In this document: positions 28,891-36,927 of the stretch, piece after piece
How the letters are laid out: every line of letters begins with the position of its first letter
Position numbering within the stretch: position 1 is the stretch's first letter
From: Terriglobia bacterium
GTDB lineage: Bacteria; Acidobacteriota; Terriglobia; Versatilivoradales; Versatilivoraceae
NCBI GenBank assembly: GCA_963663845.2
Contig: OY760650.2
Coordinates: forward strand, 1,008,480 to 1,072,479
Direction of reading: 5' to 3'
DNA length: 64,000 nucleotides
Position numbers and translations under genes: made by a program
Notes under the pieces: model-generated
Database searches by the model: none
Seen by the model: only the letters and a program-made list of their open reading frames with translations
What the model was told of the DNA's origin: nothing

Positions 28891-30270
28891 ATGACTCTCA
28901 TTCACCGGCGCGGGTTTCTTCGTCAATCCGGGTTGGCCGCGGCCGGCCTGCCCTTCTGGTCGTCGTCGCTGTTCGCAGGTTTGGCCCGGACGATCAGGAT
29001 TACCGAGATCGAAGCGCACGAAGTGCTTCCTCCCTACCACGACTACCATGCCGAGTGGCTATTTCGCTACCAGGGGCTGCACAGCCGCTTGCGGACCATC
29101 TACGTCGTCAAGACCGATGCGGGCCTCGAGGGCTACGGGGAGAATTGGGGATCTCCCTGGAGCGAATTCAAGGACTACCTGGGCACCAGTCCCTTCGATT
29201 GGATCAACGACCCTCGGAACCTGCCCATGAACATGGCTCTCTACGACCTGATGGGCAAGGCTCTGGGACTGCCGGCCTGGAAGCTGATCGGGCCTCGGGT
29301 GCGGTCCTGGGTGCCCATCGCCGCCTGGACGATGTCGCAACCTCCCCGGCAGATGGCGGAAGAAGTGAGGCAATTGTCGAAGCGCGGTTACCGCTGGATG
29401 AAATTCCACGTGGACGTCCTGCAGAACGTGATCGACCAGACTGCCGCCATGCAGGAGGCGGCCCCCCGGGGATTTCGAGTCCAGTACGACTTCAATGAGG
29501 ATTCCAACCTGGAAGCGGTGTATCCGGTCCTGAAGGAGCTGGAACGATTTCCCATTGCAGGCCGGATCGAAGATCCCATCCGATCCATCGACCAGGACGG
29601 CTATCGCCTGCTTCGCGAAAAGTGCGCCATCCCGATCCTGATTCACCATGGCCCGGCCGAGGTCTTCATGCGCAAGGGGCTTTCCGACGGGTTCATGTCC
29701 AGCCATGCCGGCATCGGCTCGGCCAGGAAGGTGGCGGCCATGGCGGAAAGCACCAACACCCCCTTCCTGCTGCAGATGGCCGGGGGAACCATCAACCAGG
29801 CCTTCCTGGCCCACCAGGCGGCCGTCTATCCCATGGCCTCTCTGGACCATGTAAGCCTCTGCAACCTCTGGGCGGAGGACGTGACCGTCGAATCCATGCC
29901 GGTGGTGGGCGGCAGCGTGGCGGTTCCCAAGGGACCCGGTCTCGGGGTGCGGCTCGACCCGAAAAAGCTGGAGCGGCTGGCCCGGGCGCACCGCCCCAAG
30001 CAGACACGGTTCCTGGTCAGGGTGCGCTACCGTCCTGGGCCACACCTCTTTTTCCGCTACGATCCCGATGCCGAGGGCGCCAACATCAGGTTCCTGAGTC
30101 CGCCGGGATTCGGGCGGCGGTACTCCGGACACGGCCCCCACGTCCCGGGACCGGTCCCGGGCTACGCCAACCCGGTGGAGACTGACTTCTGGGACGAAGT
30201 GGGCACGGCCGAGTTCGAAAGGATGTGGAAACGAACCGAAGACGGTCCCGTCTGGACGAGGGGGGCGTAG
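28891..30270 (+). CDS. Enolase-superfamily enzyme with Tat signal, paralog 2
   Basis: GGAGG RBS; IHRRGFLR; highly similar to 25035-26414. Confidence 0.85.
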   Translation: MTLIHRRGFLRQSGLAAAGLPFWSSSLFAGLARTIRITEIEAHEVLPPYHDYHAEWLFRYQGLHSRLRTIYVVKTDAGLEGYGENWGSPWSEFKDYLGTSPFDWINDPRNLPMNMALYDLMGKALGLPAWKLIGPRVRSWVPIAAWTMSQPPRQMAEEVRQLSKRGYRWMKFHVDVLQNVIDQTAAMQEAAPRGFRVQYDFNEDSNLEAVYPVLKELERFPIAGRIEDPIRSIDQDGYRLLREKCAIPILIHHGPAEVFMRKGLSDGFMSSHAGIGSARKVAAMAESTNTPFLLQMAGGTINQAFLAHQAAVYPMASLDHVSLCNLWAEDVTVESMPVVGGSVAVPKGPGLGVRLDPKKLERLARAHRPKQTRFLVRVRYRPGPHLFFRYDPDAEGANIRFLSPPGFGRRYSGHGPHVPGPVPGYANPVETDFWDEVGTAEFERMWKRTEDGPVWTRGA

Positions 30271-30317
30271 TGGAGAGTGGAGGGGGAAGAGTGGTGAGTG
30301 AAGAGTGGTGAGTGGTG
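30269..30317. repeat. Heptamer tandem array, 7 units of AGTGGWG-like sequence
   Basis: agtggag agtggag ggggaag agtggtg agtgaag agtggtg agtggtg. Confidence 0.8.
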
Positions 30318-30364
30318 AGCCGAGGGGTTCCGGAACCGGTAAGCGCCTGATGAACTGACTGAGA

Positions 30365-30594
30365 TTACCTGAAACAAACGCCAGCGCTTGGTGGCCGGAA
30401 ACCGGTTCAAAGCCACGCAGGGGTAAATGGTTTATTAACATCAATGCACAGGATGCACAGGATTTTTTCAGGCAACGGCTAGCTTCTAGTGCCGGGAATC
30501 CGCAAAATCGCACCGGACCATCACCTGAGCTGGCTTCTCGTGCAGGAAGCTCTCATCCTGTTAATCCTGTGCATCCTGTGCATCGATGTTCAAT
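30365..30594 (+). repeat. 230-bp dispersed element, family C copy 1
   Basis: Direct repeat of 56297-56526 with the same length; internal (CACAGGATG)n...(ATCCTGTGC)n inverted arms. Confidence 0.88.
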
Positions 30595-30645
30595 AATTTT
30601 GTTCTCAACAGGCCATGAACTTCTCTTGTTTCACTCTCGAAAGAT

Positions 30646-30800
30646 CCCCCCGGGAGCGCGGGCGTCCCGCCCGCACACGTCCTGGTACAGCCTCGCCCAT
30701 CTCCTCCACCCGCGCGGGAATAGGAGGCGCTGCACCCCAGGGAAACTGAGCGGCACTGAACGGTAGTGCATGCGGGCGGGACGCCCGCGCTCCCGGGGGG
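30646..30800. repeat. REPIN-like doublet: perfect 30-bp inverted repeats with a 95-bp spacer
   Basis: CCCCCCGGGAGCGCGGGCGTCCCGCCCGCA at 30646-30675 and its reverse complement at 30771-30800; single copy at 56557-56583. Confidence 0.85.
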
Positions 30801-30873
30801 GCACTCCTCCCATCGCTCCTGCTGCTCGAGGGGGCACGCCCCGGCCTACCGGGCTCCTGCCCTTGCGATGCAG

Positions 30874-32121
30874 TCAGAACCGTTCCAGGCTGAGGGGTTC
30901 CAGCGAAAGGGAGGTCGGTTCTCCGCAGATCAGCTCGGCCATCAGCTTGCCGCTGACGGGGCCGTGGGTATACCCCAGCATGGCATGGCCGGTGGAGAGG
31001 TAGACGTGGGGATGGCGGGGAAGCCGGTCGATGATGGGCAGCCCGTCCGGCGTGCAGGGGCGCAAACCGCACCATCGTTCCAGGTTGCCGGGGTTTTCGG
31101 CCCCTGAGAACACCTCCAGGGCCCCCTGCCGGATGGCCTCGGTGCGGGTCGGGTTCAAGCTCAGATCGATCCCGGCAAACTCCATGGTTCCGGCAAACCG
31201 CAGGCGATTGCCGATGGGAGTCACCGCGACTTTTCTTTCCGCATGGATGAAGGGAATCTCGGGGCTCAGCGCCGGCCGGTCCATGGTCAGGCTGTACCCT
31301 TTTCCGGCCTGAACCGGGACCCTGACTCCCAGCTCCCGGGCCAGCAGGGGTGTCCAGGACCCCATGGCCAGAACGATGTCACGGGCGCGGAAATCTCCCT
31401 GCTCCGTCCGGACTCCGGCTGGCCGGCCTCCCTCCAGCAACCAGCCCGTCACCTCGGTCCCCGTCCTGACGGCCACCCCATGCCTGCCGAGAGTTTCCCC
31501 CAGGCCGGTGACGAACCGATGGGAGTCGCCATGGGCGTCCTCGGCGGAATAGAGAGCGCCTACCACCCTCCGGTTGAGCGCGGGCTCCAGCTCCCGGGCC
31601 TGGTCCCCTGACAGGACCTGGAGGGCCAAGTCGTGCCTGGCCATGATCTCGGCCTCCTCCCTGCCCTCCTCCATTCCGGCGTCCGTGGTGTAGACGCTCA
31701 TCAGCCCTCGTTGCTCGAAGTCGAAGCTGAGCCCTTCAGTGGCGGCCAGTTCCCGAAACAGGAGCAGACTGGCGCGGCCCAGGTCCCGCAGCACGGGGAT
31801 GGCTCGTTCCATGGGCCGGTGGCGGCAGGCGGCGGCGAACCGCAGCAGCCACAACAGGAGCTGCCAGTCCAACCGCGGCCGGATCAACAGGGGGCTGTCT
31901 TCCTGGAACATCCACTTCAGGGACTTGCCGATGACGCCCGGCGCCGGGACCGGCATGGCGTGGCTGGGCACGATCATGCAGGCGTTGCCGTAAGAGCAGC
32001 CGGAACAGATCTCCCCCTTCTCGATCAAGGTGACCCGGCAACCCTTCCGGGCCAGGTAGTAGGCCGTGCAGACCCCCACCGCCCCTCCGCCAATCACCAG
32101 GACATCCGATTCGTCCGCCAT
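30874..32121 (-). CDS. FAD-dependent D-amino acid dehydrogenase (DadA-like)
   Basis: VIGGGAVG, SYGNAC, GKGYS, GLRPCTPDGLP, TGHAMLG; alternative start at 32151. Confidence 0.88.
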   Translation of the reverse strand: MADESDVLVIGGGAVGVCTAYYLARKGCRVTLIEKGEICSGCSYGNACMIVPSHAMPVPAPGVIGKSLKWMFQEDSPLLIRPRLDWQLLLWLLRFAAACRHRPMERAIPVLRDLGRASLLLFRELAATEGLSFDFEQRGLMSVYTTDAGMEEGREEAEIMARHDLALQVLSGDQARELEPALNRRVVGALYSAEDAHGDSHRFVTGLGETLGRHGVAVRTGTEVTGWLLEGGRPAGVRTEQGDFRARDIVLAMGSWTPLLARELGVRVPVQAGKGYSLTMDRPALSPEIPFIHAERKVAVTPIGNRLRFAGTMEFAGIDLSLNPTRTEAIRQGALEVFSGAENPGNLERWCGLRPCTPDGLPIIDRLPRHPHVYLSTGHAMLGYTHGPVSGKLMAELICGEPTSLSLEPLSLERF

Positions 32122-32281
32122 TGCCTTGACCTGACTGGAAACGGTTTCCATTCACACCTGAGTGCAGAAACTCGGAATGATCATCTTGCGTGCGAGTCCA
32201 TCAACTCACAACGTAATCATTATAGAAAGGCACCGAAATGATGTACACTTCAGTATCGGGTAAGGGAGACAGGACACGATC

Positions 32282-32569
32282 ATGGCTCAGGCAAACGTGA
32301 CCAGGAAGGAAAGGATCAATCTACGGCTCGACGAAGTGGCCAAGCGGAGGATCGAACGAGCCGCTTCATTCGAGGGAAAAACCGTTAGCGGATTTATCGT
32401 GTCCAGCGCACTGAGCTACGCTGACAAGACCATTCAGGCGCACGAAACGATGACCCTCAACCGGCGGGATGCCCTGCGTTTCTTCGATGTCATTGTGAAT
32501 CCGCCGGCTCTGAACGAGAAACTCCGCACGGCTATGGAGGAACATGGAAAGCGCGTTGTCTCGCGATGA
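32282..32569 (+). CDS. DUF1778 (TacA/AtaR-like) RHH antitoxin
   Basis: RKERINLRL...IERAA...TVSGFIVSSAL...NPPALNEKL; overlaps the downstream GNAT gene. Confidence 0.88.
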   Translation: MAQANVTRKERINLRLDEVAKRRIERAASFEGKTVSGFIVSSALSYADKTIQAHETMTLNRRDALRFFDVIVNPPALNEKLRTAMEEHGKRVVSR

Positions 32570-33069
32570 CTGACTTGGACAAACTCAAGATCGAGCCGCT
32601 CGGGAAGCATCATGACCGAGCGGTTTTTTCTTGTGGCCTTCCGGAACTGGACCGCTACCTTGCGCGTCAGGCGGGTCAGGATGTGCGGCGGCGCATCGCC
32701 AGGATGTTTGTCTGCACCGTCGCGGATTCCCATACCGTGCTTGGCTATTACACGCTGAGCGCCCTCGCGGTAGACCTGAACGCCCTCCCGCGAGAGTTGT
32801 CTCGCAAGCTCCCCCGACACCCCGTACCCTGCGCCCTCATCGGTCGACTCGCCGTCGATCGGTCAGCTCGAGGGCACGGTTTGGGTCGCATGCTTCTTGT
32901 CGATGCGATCAAGCGGACCAGGAGCGCCAGTGACATCATGGCCATCCACGCCATCGTCGTGGACGCCAAAAACAGTACGGCGAAACAATTCTACGAGGGA
33001 TTCGGTTTCACGCCGATGGAGCAAGACCCCTTGAGGCTGTTTTTGCCGCTCGGCCCCGTCCACCTGTAG
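32566..33069 (+). CDS. GNAT toxin (TacT/AtaT-like)
   Basis: FSCG..ELDRYL, LGYYTLS, IGRLAVD..ARGHGLG, VVDAK, FYEGFGF; ATGA overlap. Confidence 0.9.
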   Translation: MTDLDKLKIEPLGKHHDRAVFSCGLPELDRYLARQAGQDVRRRIARMFVCTVADSHTVLGYYTLSALAVDLNALPRELSRKLPRHPVPCALIGRLAVDRSARGHGLGRMLLVDAIKRTRSASDIMAIHAIVVDAKNSTAKQFYEGFGFTPMEQDPLRLFLPLGPVHL

Positions 33070-33216
33070 GGTCCCGCTACAATTCGACATCGGATTTCGG
33101 GTGAGGAGCAAACGACCGAGGCTGCGCCTCGGCAGGTCAACACGAAAGGACGCTGGTCGAGGCACGGCTCGGGATTGTCCGGCAAGCAGGGCTTGAACTT
33201 CAAGAAGAAATGCTGG

Positions 33217-34947
33217 CTAAACCGCAGCGCGGCTGATGGTCCGGGTCTCGGACATTCGGGTGACCAGCTCGACTCGCCGGATCCTCAGGGGCTTGTCCGA
33301 ACCGGGCCCCCGGTAGTTCAACCGAATGGACACCGGGTTGCGGCCGGTCTTGAGGGCCGCCATGGGAACCGGAAACTTCAGAGCCTTGAAGTGCATGTCG
33401 AAGGGTTTGTCGGCAGGAAATCCGATCATGCCGTTGCCGGGCAAGGGGGCGATTTGGTATCCCACCTCCTGCCAACTGGAGGCCACGTCCACTCCGGCGG
33501 GCTCCAGCACGGTGTCGCCCACCGAAACCGTCAGGCGGTCCCCCGGCTTGGAATAGTCCAGCGCCAGCCACAGCTCGGCGGTCCGGGGCTTGCTGGTCTT
33601 GAAGTCGTCGGCCACCGGCATGTGAAACGACTTGGCGCCGTCGGCCACGTTCAGGTTGAAGGGGACCGGGGCGCCCTTGGAAACCGTATTGTAGCGCACG
33701 TAGTCGGCGCCCGGGGCTCGGGGGCTGGCCTCGAATCGCTGAACGGCCGTGTAGTGCTTGTCCTTTTTCCTCATGCGCTTGGGATCGGCGATCTCGTTCA
33801 GCAGGTGCTTCCGCCAACTGCCGTACATGAACCAGTTGAAGGTGTAAAGGCCGTCGGCCCCGTCCCGCCAAAGGTTGGCGGCGCTTCCTCGAATGACCTC
33901 GTCCGGGCTGACTCGGTAGCTGTTCCCGTAACTGTAGAGGCTGGGATAGATGGGAAGTTGGCGGGCCTTCATCAGGCCTCGAAACTCGTCCATCGTCGGC
34001 AGCTCGGTCAGGCCCTGACCCAGGATCAGCATGTCGGCCAGGTCCTCTTCGATCCACTTCTCGATTTCGAAACCGCCCAGCGCGCACCACTCCAGCTTCT
34101 CCGGAATGCGGATGGCAATCTCGATGGGCCGGCCCCGGCGTTGGGCCTTCTCGTTGAGGCTCTTGCGGATGGCGCGCATGAACTCGGTCAGGTACTTTCC
34201 GTTTTCTCGCTCGGTACCCCGCTGGAAGTAGAGGGTGTGCCGCAGCCAGTCCAACTCGATGCCGTCGAAATCCCAGCGATCGAAGAACTCCTCGGCCACC
34301 TTGAGCTTCAGGGCCCGGACTCTGGGATGGGCGAAGTTCAGCGCCGTCCACCAGTCGAGATCGTCCACAAGCCAGTCGGGATTGATCCGCTTGAAGGTCG
34401 GCAGCTCCGGGTTGGGCAAGGCGCCTCTGGCGTGCTGGCCGTCGTGGATGTCGTTCATCCTGAGGGAGACGAAGGCATCCAGACCGCGCTTGCGGCACTC
34501 CTCCAGGATCACCTCGGGAGGATTGTGGCCGGCGTCGGCCAGGCTCTTGGGGTTGAGGTACTGGTCCTTGGGGTCGACCTCGATCCCGCCGTGCCAGGTC
34601 TTGCTCTCCGGGAACTTGAACCGGTCGGCCTCGCCCGGCCACTCCAGCACGTTGCTCTGGTACTCGGCCACGTTGCCGCTGCCGAAGCTGAACAGGAGGG
34701 TGTCCACGCCGGTGTTCTCGATCGGCGTGAAGACCAGGGAGGTGAACTGCTCCCGCGTGAGGGGGCCATAGGAATGGGGCAAGGCGGTTCGGCCCCAGCA
34801 GTGAATCATGGACCCGTCCCAATTGAACAGAAGCCGCCGTTTCCTGCCGCCTGCTCCGGCCCGCTTGGGCCTGGGCCCGGCGTGCAGCAACTGAGCCAAC
34901 CCACCGGCTCCCACAATCATGAAGCTTCGTCTGGTGATCGATCGCAT
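33217..34947 (-). CDS. Tat-exported GH-like TIM-barrel protein, paralog 5
   Basis: ITRRSFM; FNWDG, SLRMND, DGIELDWLRH, GADGLYTFN. Confidence 0.68.
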   Translation of the reverse strand: MRSITRRSFMIVGAGGLAQLLHAGPRPKRAGAGGRKRRLLFNWDGSMIHCWGRTALPHSYGPLTREQFTSLVFTPIENTGVDTLLFSFGSGNVAEYQSNVLEWPGEADRFKFPESKTWHGGIEVDPKDQYLNPKSLADAGHNPPEVILEECRKRGLDAFVSLRMNDIHDGQHARGALPNPELPTFKRINPDWLVDDLDWWTALNFAHPRVRALKLKVAEEFFDRWDFDGIELDWLRHTLYFQRGTERENGKYLTEFMRAIRKSLNEKAQRRGRPIEIAIRIPEKLEWCALGGFEIEKWIEEDLADMLILGQGLTELPTMDEFRGLMKARQLPIYPSLYSYGNSYRVSPDEVIRGSAANLWRDGADGLYTFNWFMYGSWRKHLLNEIADPKRMRKKDKHYTAVQRFEASPRAPGADYVRYNTVSKGAPVPFNLNVADGAKSFHMPVADDFKTSKPRTAELWLALDYSKPGDRLTVSVGDTVLEPAGVDVASSWQEVGYQIAPLPGNGMIGFPADKPFDMHFKALKFPVPMAALKTGRNPVSIRLNYRGPGSDKPLRIRRVELVTRMSETRTISRAAV

Positions 34948-35079
34948 CCTGGTCCCCCCGGCGCTATTGCTGTTTGCTGATATGGATCCCCGAAATGATA
35001 TCAAGTCGCCGCCGGAAAAGAAAGATCCCGAGGAAGGTTTCCGGCGCCCGACCGGTGTCGGTTCGGATCATGGCGTTGG

Positions 35080-35382
35080 TCAATGGGCTGTCCGTTCAAT
35101 GAGGGTTTCGAGGGCTCGTCCCTGGGTTTCCAGGGCTTGCCCTTGGCGTTCCAGGGCTTGCCCCTGGCGTTCGAGGGCTTGCCCGTGACGGTCCATGCCC
35201 CGGATCAAAGCCTGCAGGCCGGCCATGGTTTCGGCGTGGCGGCGCTGGTTTTCATGTTCCTGGCGTTCTCCGGCCTGGGCGCGTTGGTCATTGGCCCGCA
35301 CCATGCGGGCGATTCCGAACCAGACAACCGCGAGCGTGGCGGCGTTGATTACCAGGCTTGAGATTTCGTAAGCGGTCATCAT
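35080..35382 (-). CDS. Small membrane-anchored coiled-coil protein with heptad repeats
   Basis: GGAG RBS; N-terminal TM segment; GQALERQ-GQALERQ-GQALETQ-GRALETL encoded by 21-nt tandem repeats. Confidence 0.65.
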   Translation of the reverse strand: MMTAYEISSLVINAATLAVVWFGIARMVRANDQRAQAGERQEHENQRRHAETMAGLQALIRGMDRHGQALERQGQALERQGQALETQGRALETLIERTAH

Positions 35383-35410
35383 GGCGGTTTCTCCGGTCGG
35401 GATGGCGGAG

Positions 35411-35432
35411 CGGGGCCGGAATTCCGGCCCCG
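35411..35432. promoter_or_regulatory. Perfect 22-bp palindrome upstream of the heptad-repeat gene
   Basis: CGGGGCCGGAATTCCGGCCCCG; function unknown. Confidence 0.4.
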
Positions 35433-35508
35433 AGAACCCCGGGCGGCTCACGCGGCGACGATATCGATAGACTCCGCAACTATCCCAAAAAGGTTATGGC
35501 AACCCGTT

Positions 35509-35709
35509 TCAGATCGCTCCGCGACGTCCTCTGCGAAACAGGGAAAGAACCAGATCGAAGCCGTACCACGTAGCCAGAAAGGCCAGGCACTCCAGGCTGA
35601 AACTTCCGAACTTGTAGAAGATCTCGGCCACGATCAGGGCGCCCGCAGCAGCAGGAAGCTGCTCCAGTGCGATTCGGGAGAGAGGGAGGGAATGTAGCAA
35701 GGTATACAT
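35509..35709 (-). CDS. Small hydrophobic hypothetical protein (66 aa)
   Basis: MYTLL...AEIFYKFGSFSLECLAFLATWY; GAGG upstream. Confidence 0.6.
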   Translation of the reverse strand: MYTLLHSLPLSRIALEQLPAAAGALIVAEIFYKFGSFSLECLAFLATWYGFDLVLSLFRRGRRGAI

Positions 35710-35878
35710 GGCGGATCCGATTCCTCGTTGGCCCTGGGCCCGGCAGTGGCTCGGCACCGACCGAGACCTTCCGGCGGCTGTCTCCAATGCCGGGGGAAGC
35801 GCCTTCACGGCTGCCTTCGCCGCACCGGCCCCCGGCGTTCGAGAAAGCCTATCATAAACCATTGGCCGGAAATGTGGA

Positions 35879-36898
35879 TCAGCTCCCGGCGCGCTGCTCC
35901 AGCTGGACCAGCAGGCCGGCGGCCCTGGCGCGCTTTTCCGGGTCGGTGTCCCGGGCGACGATGCGTTGCAGGACCGAGCGGGCCCGGGGGTCCCCGGCTG
36001 CGCCCAACTCCAGGCCCAGCCGGTCCCGCTTCTCGAAATAGCTGGGATCGAAGGGTTGAATCTCGAGCGGAAATTTCCGCCAATAGTACTTCAACGGGCT
36101 GTCAGGGGGCCAATCGGCATAGACCTGCTCCCAGTTGCGAACTTCCTTGCCGTGGGGCTCCAGGCTTCCGGGAGCGATGGGCTGGTCGACACTCTGGAAC
36201 CGGGCGTCCATGGAGAGGCGCAGCCGGTTGCTCCGGTTGGCGACCCCCTTGTGAACCATCAGGCTGTGAAAGAAGAGCACGTCGCCCTGCTCCACCGGGT
36301 TGTGGACCCACTCTCCCGGCAGCTTGTCCGTCACCTCCATGCCCCCGGCCCCCAGCGCCGGTCGGAATTCGTAGACTCCGCCCCGATGGGAACCGCTGGA
36401 GAGCTGCAAGCCCCCCATCTCCCCGGCCAGGTCGCTCACCGGGAACCAGGCCGTGTAGGTCTCGGCGGTCCCCTGGATGGGGACCCAGTCCTGGTGAGGC
36501 GGGGTGGTGTACTCCACCTTCTGGGGAAAGATGGTCCGCCCGATCAATCGTGGATGGGGCAGGACCCTGCCTCCCACCAGCTTCTCCACCACCGCCAGCA
36601 GGTCGGGATGGTGCTGGATGGACTGGAATTCCATGATCGACAACACCCGGGTCATGACTTCCATGTAGGGTCGTTCGGGCTCCACGCAGAAGGCCTCCAG
36701 GTCGGCGATGCCTTCCTCCCCGGCCCCGTCCTTCACCCAACCGACTTCCTCCAGGACCTCGAGCCACTTCAGGCGCAGTTCCTCCAGCAGGCCGCGCGGC
36801 AACAGGCCCCTGACGTACAGGTAGCCATCCCGATCCATTCGCCGTCTCAGTTCGGATGCATCGCCGACAATGCCCGTAGAATTCAGAAATGGCTTCAC
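35879..36898 (-). CDS. Phytanoyl-CoA dioxygenase (PhyH) family Fe(II)/2OG oxygenase
   Basis: RDGYLYVRG, PHQD (HxD), GDVLFFHSLMVH, RLSMDAR. Confidence 0.88.
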   Translation of the reverse strand: MKPFLNSTGIVGDASELRRRMDRDGYLYVRGLLPRGLLEELRLKWLEVLEEVGWVKDGAGEEGIADLEAFCVEPERPYMEVMTRVLSIMEFQSIQHHPDLLAVVEKLVGGRVLPHPRLIGRTIFPQKVEYTTPPHQDWVPIQGTAETYTAWFPVSDLAGEMGGLQLSSGSHRGGVYEFRPALGAGGMEVTDKLPGEWVHNPVEQGDVLFFHSLMVHKGVANRSNRLRLSMDARFQSVDQPIAPGSLEPHGKEVRNWEQVYADWPPDSPLKYYWRKFPLEIQPFDPSYFEKRDRLGLELGAAGDPRARSVLQRIVARDTDPEKRARAAGLLVQLEQRAGS

Positions 36899-36927
36899 GA
36901 GAACCTCCCTTGATCAGGTGTCCTGTT

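Noticed and set aside
24818-30800. Repeat clusters as a CRISPR array
   Set aside because: No regularly spaced identical direct repeats with unique spacers, and no cas genes in the window.
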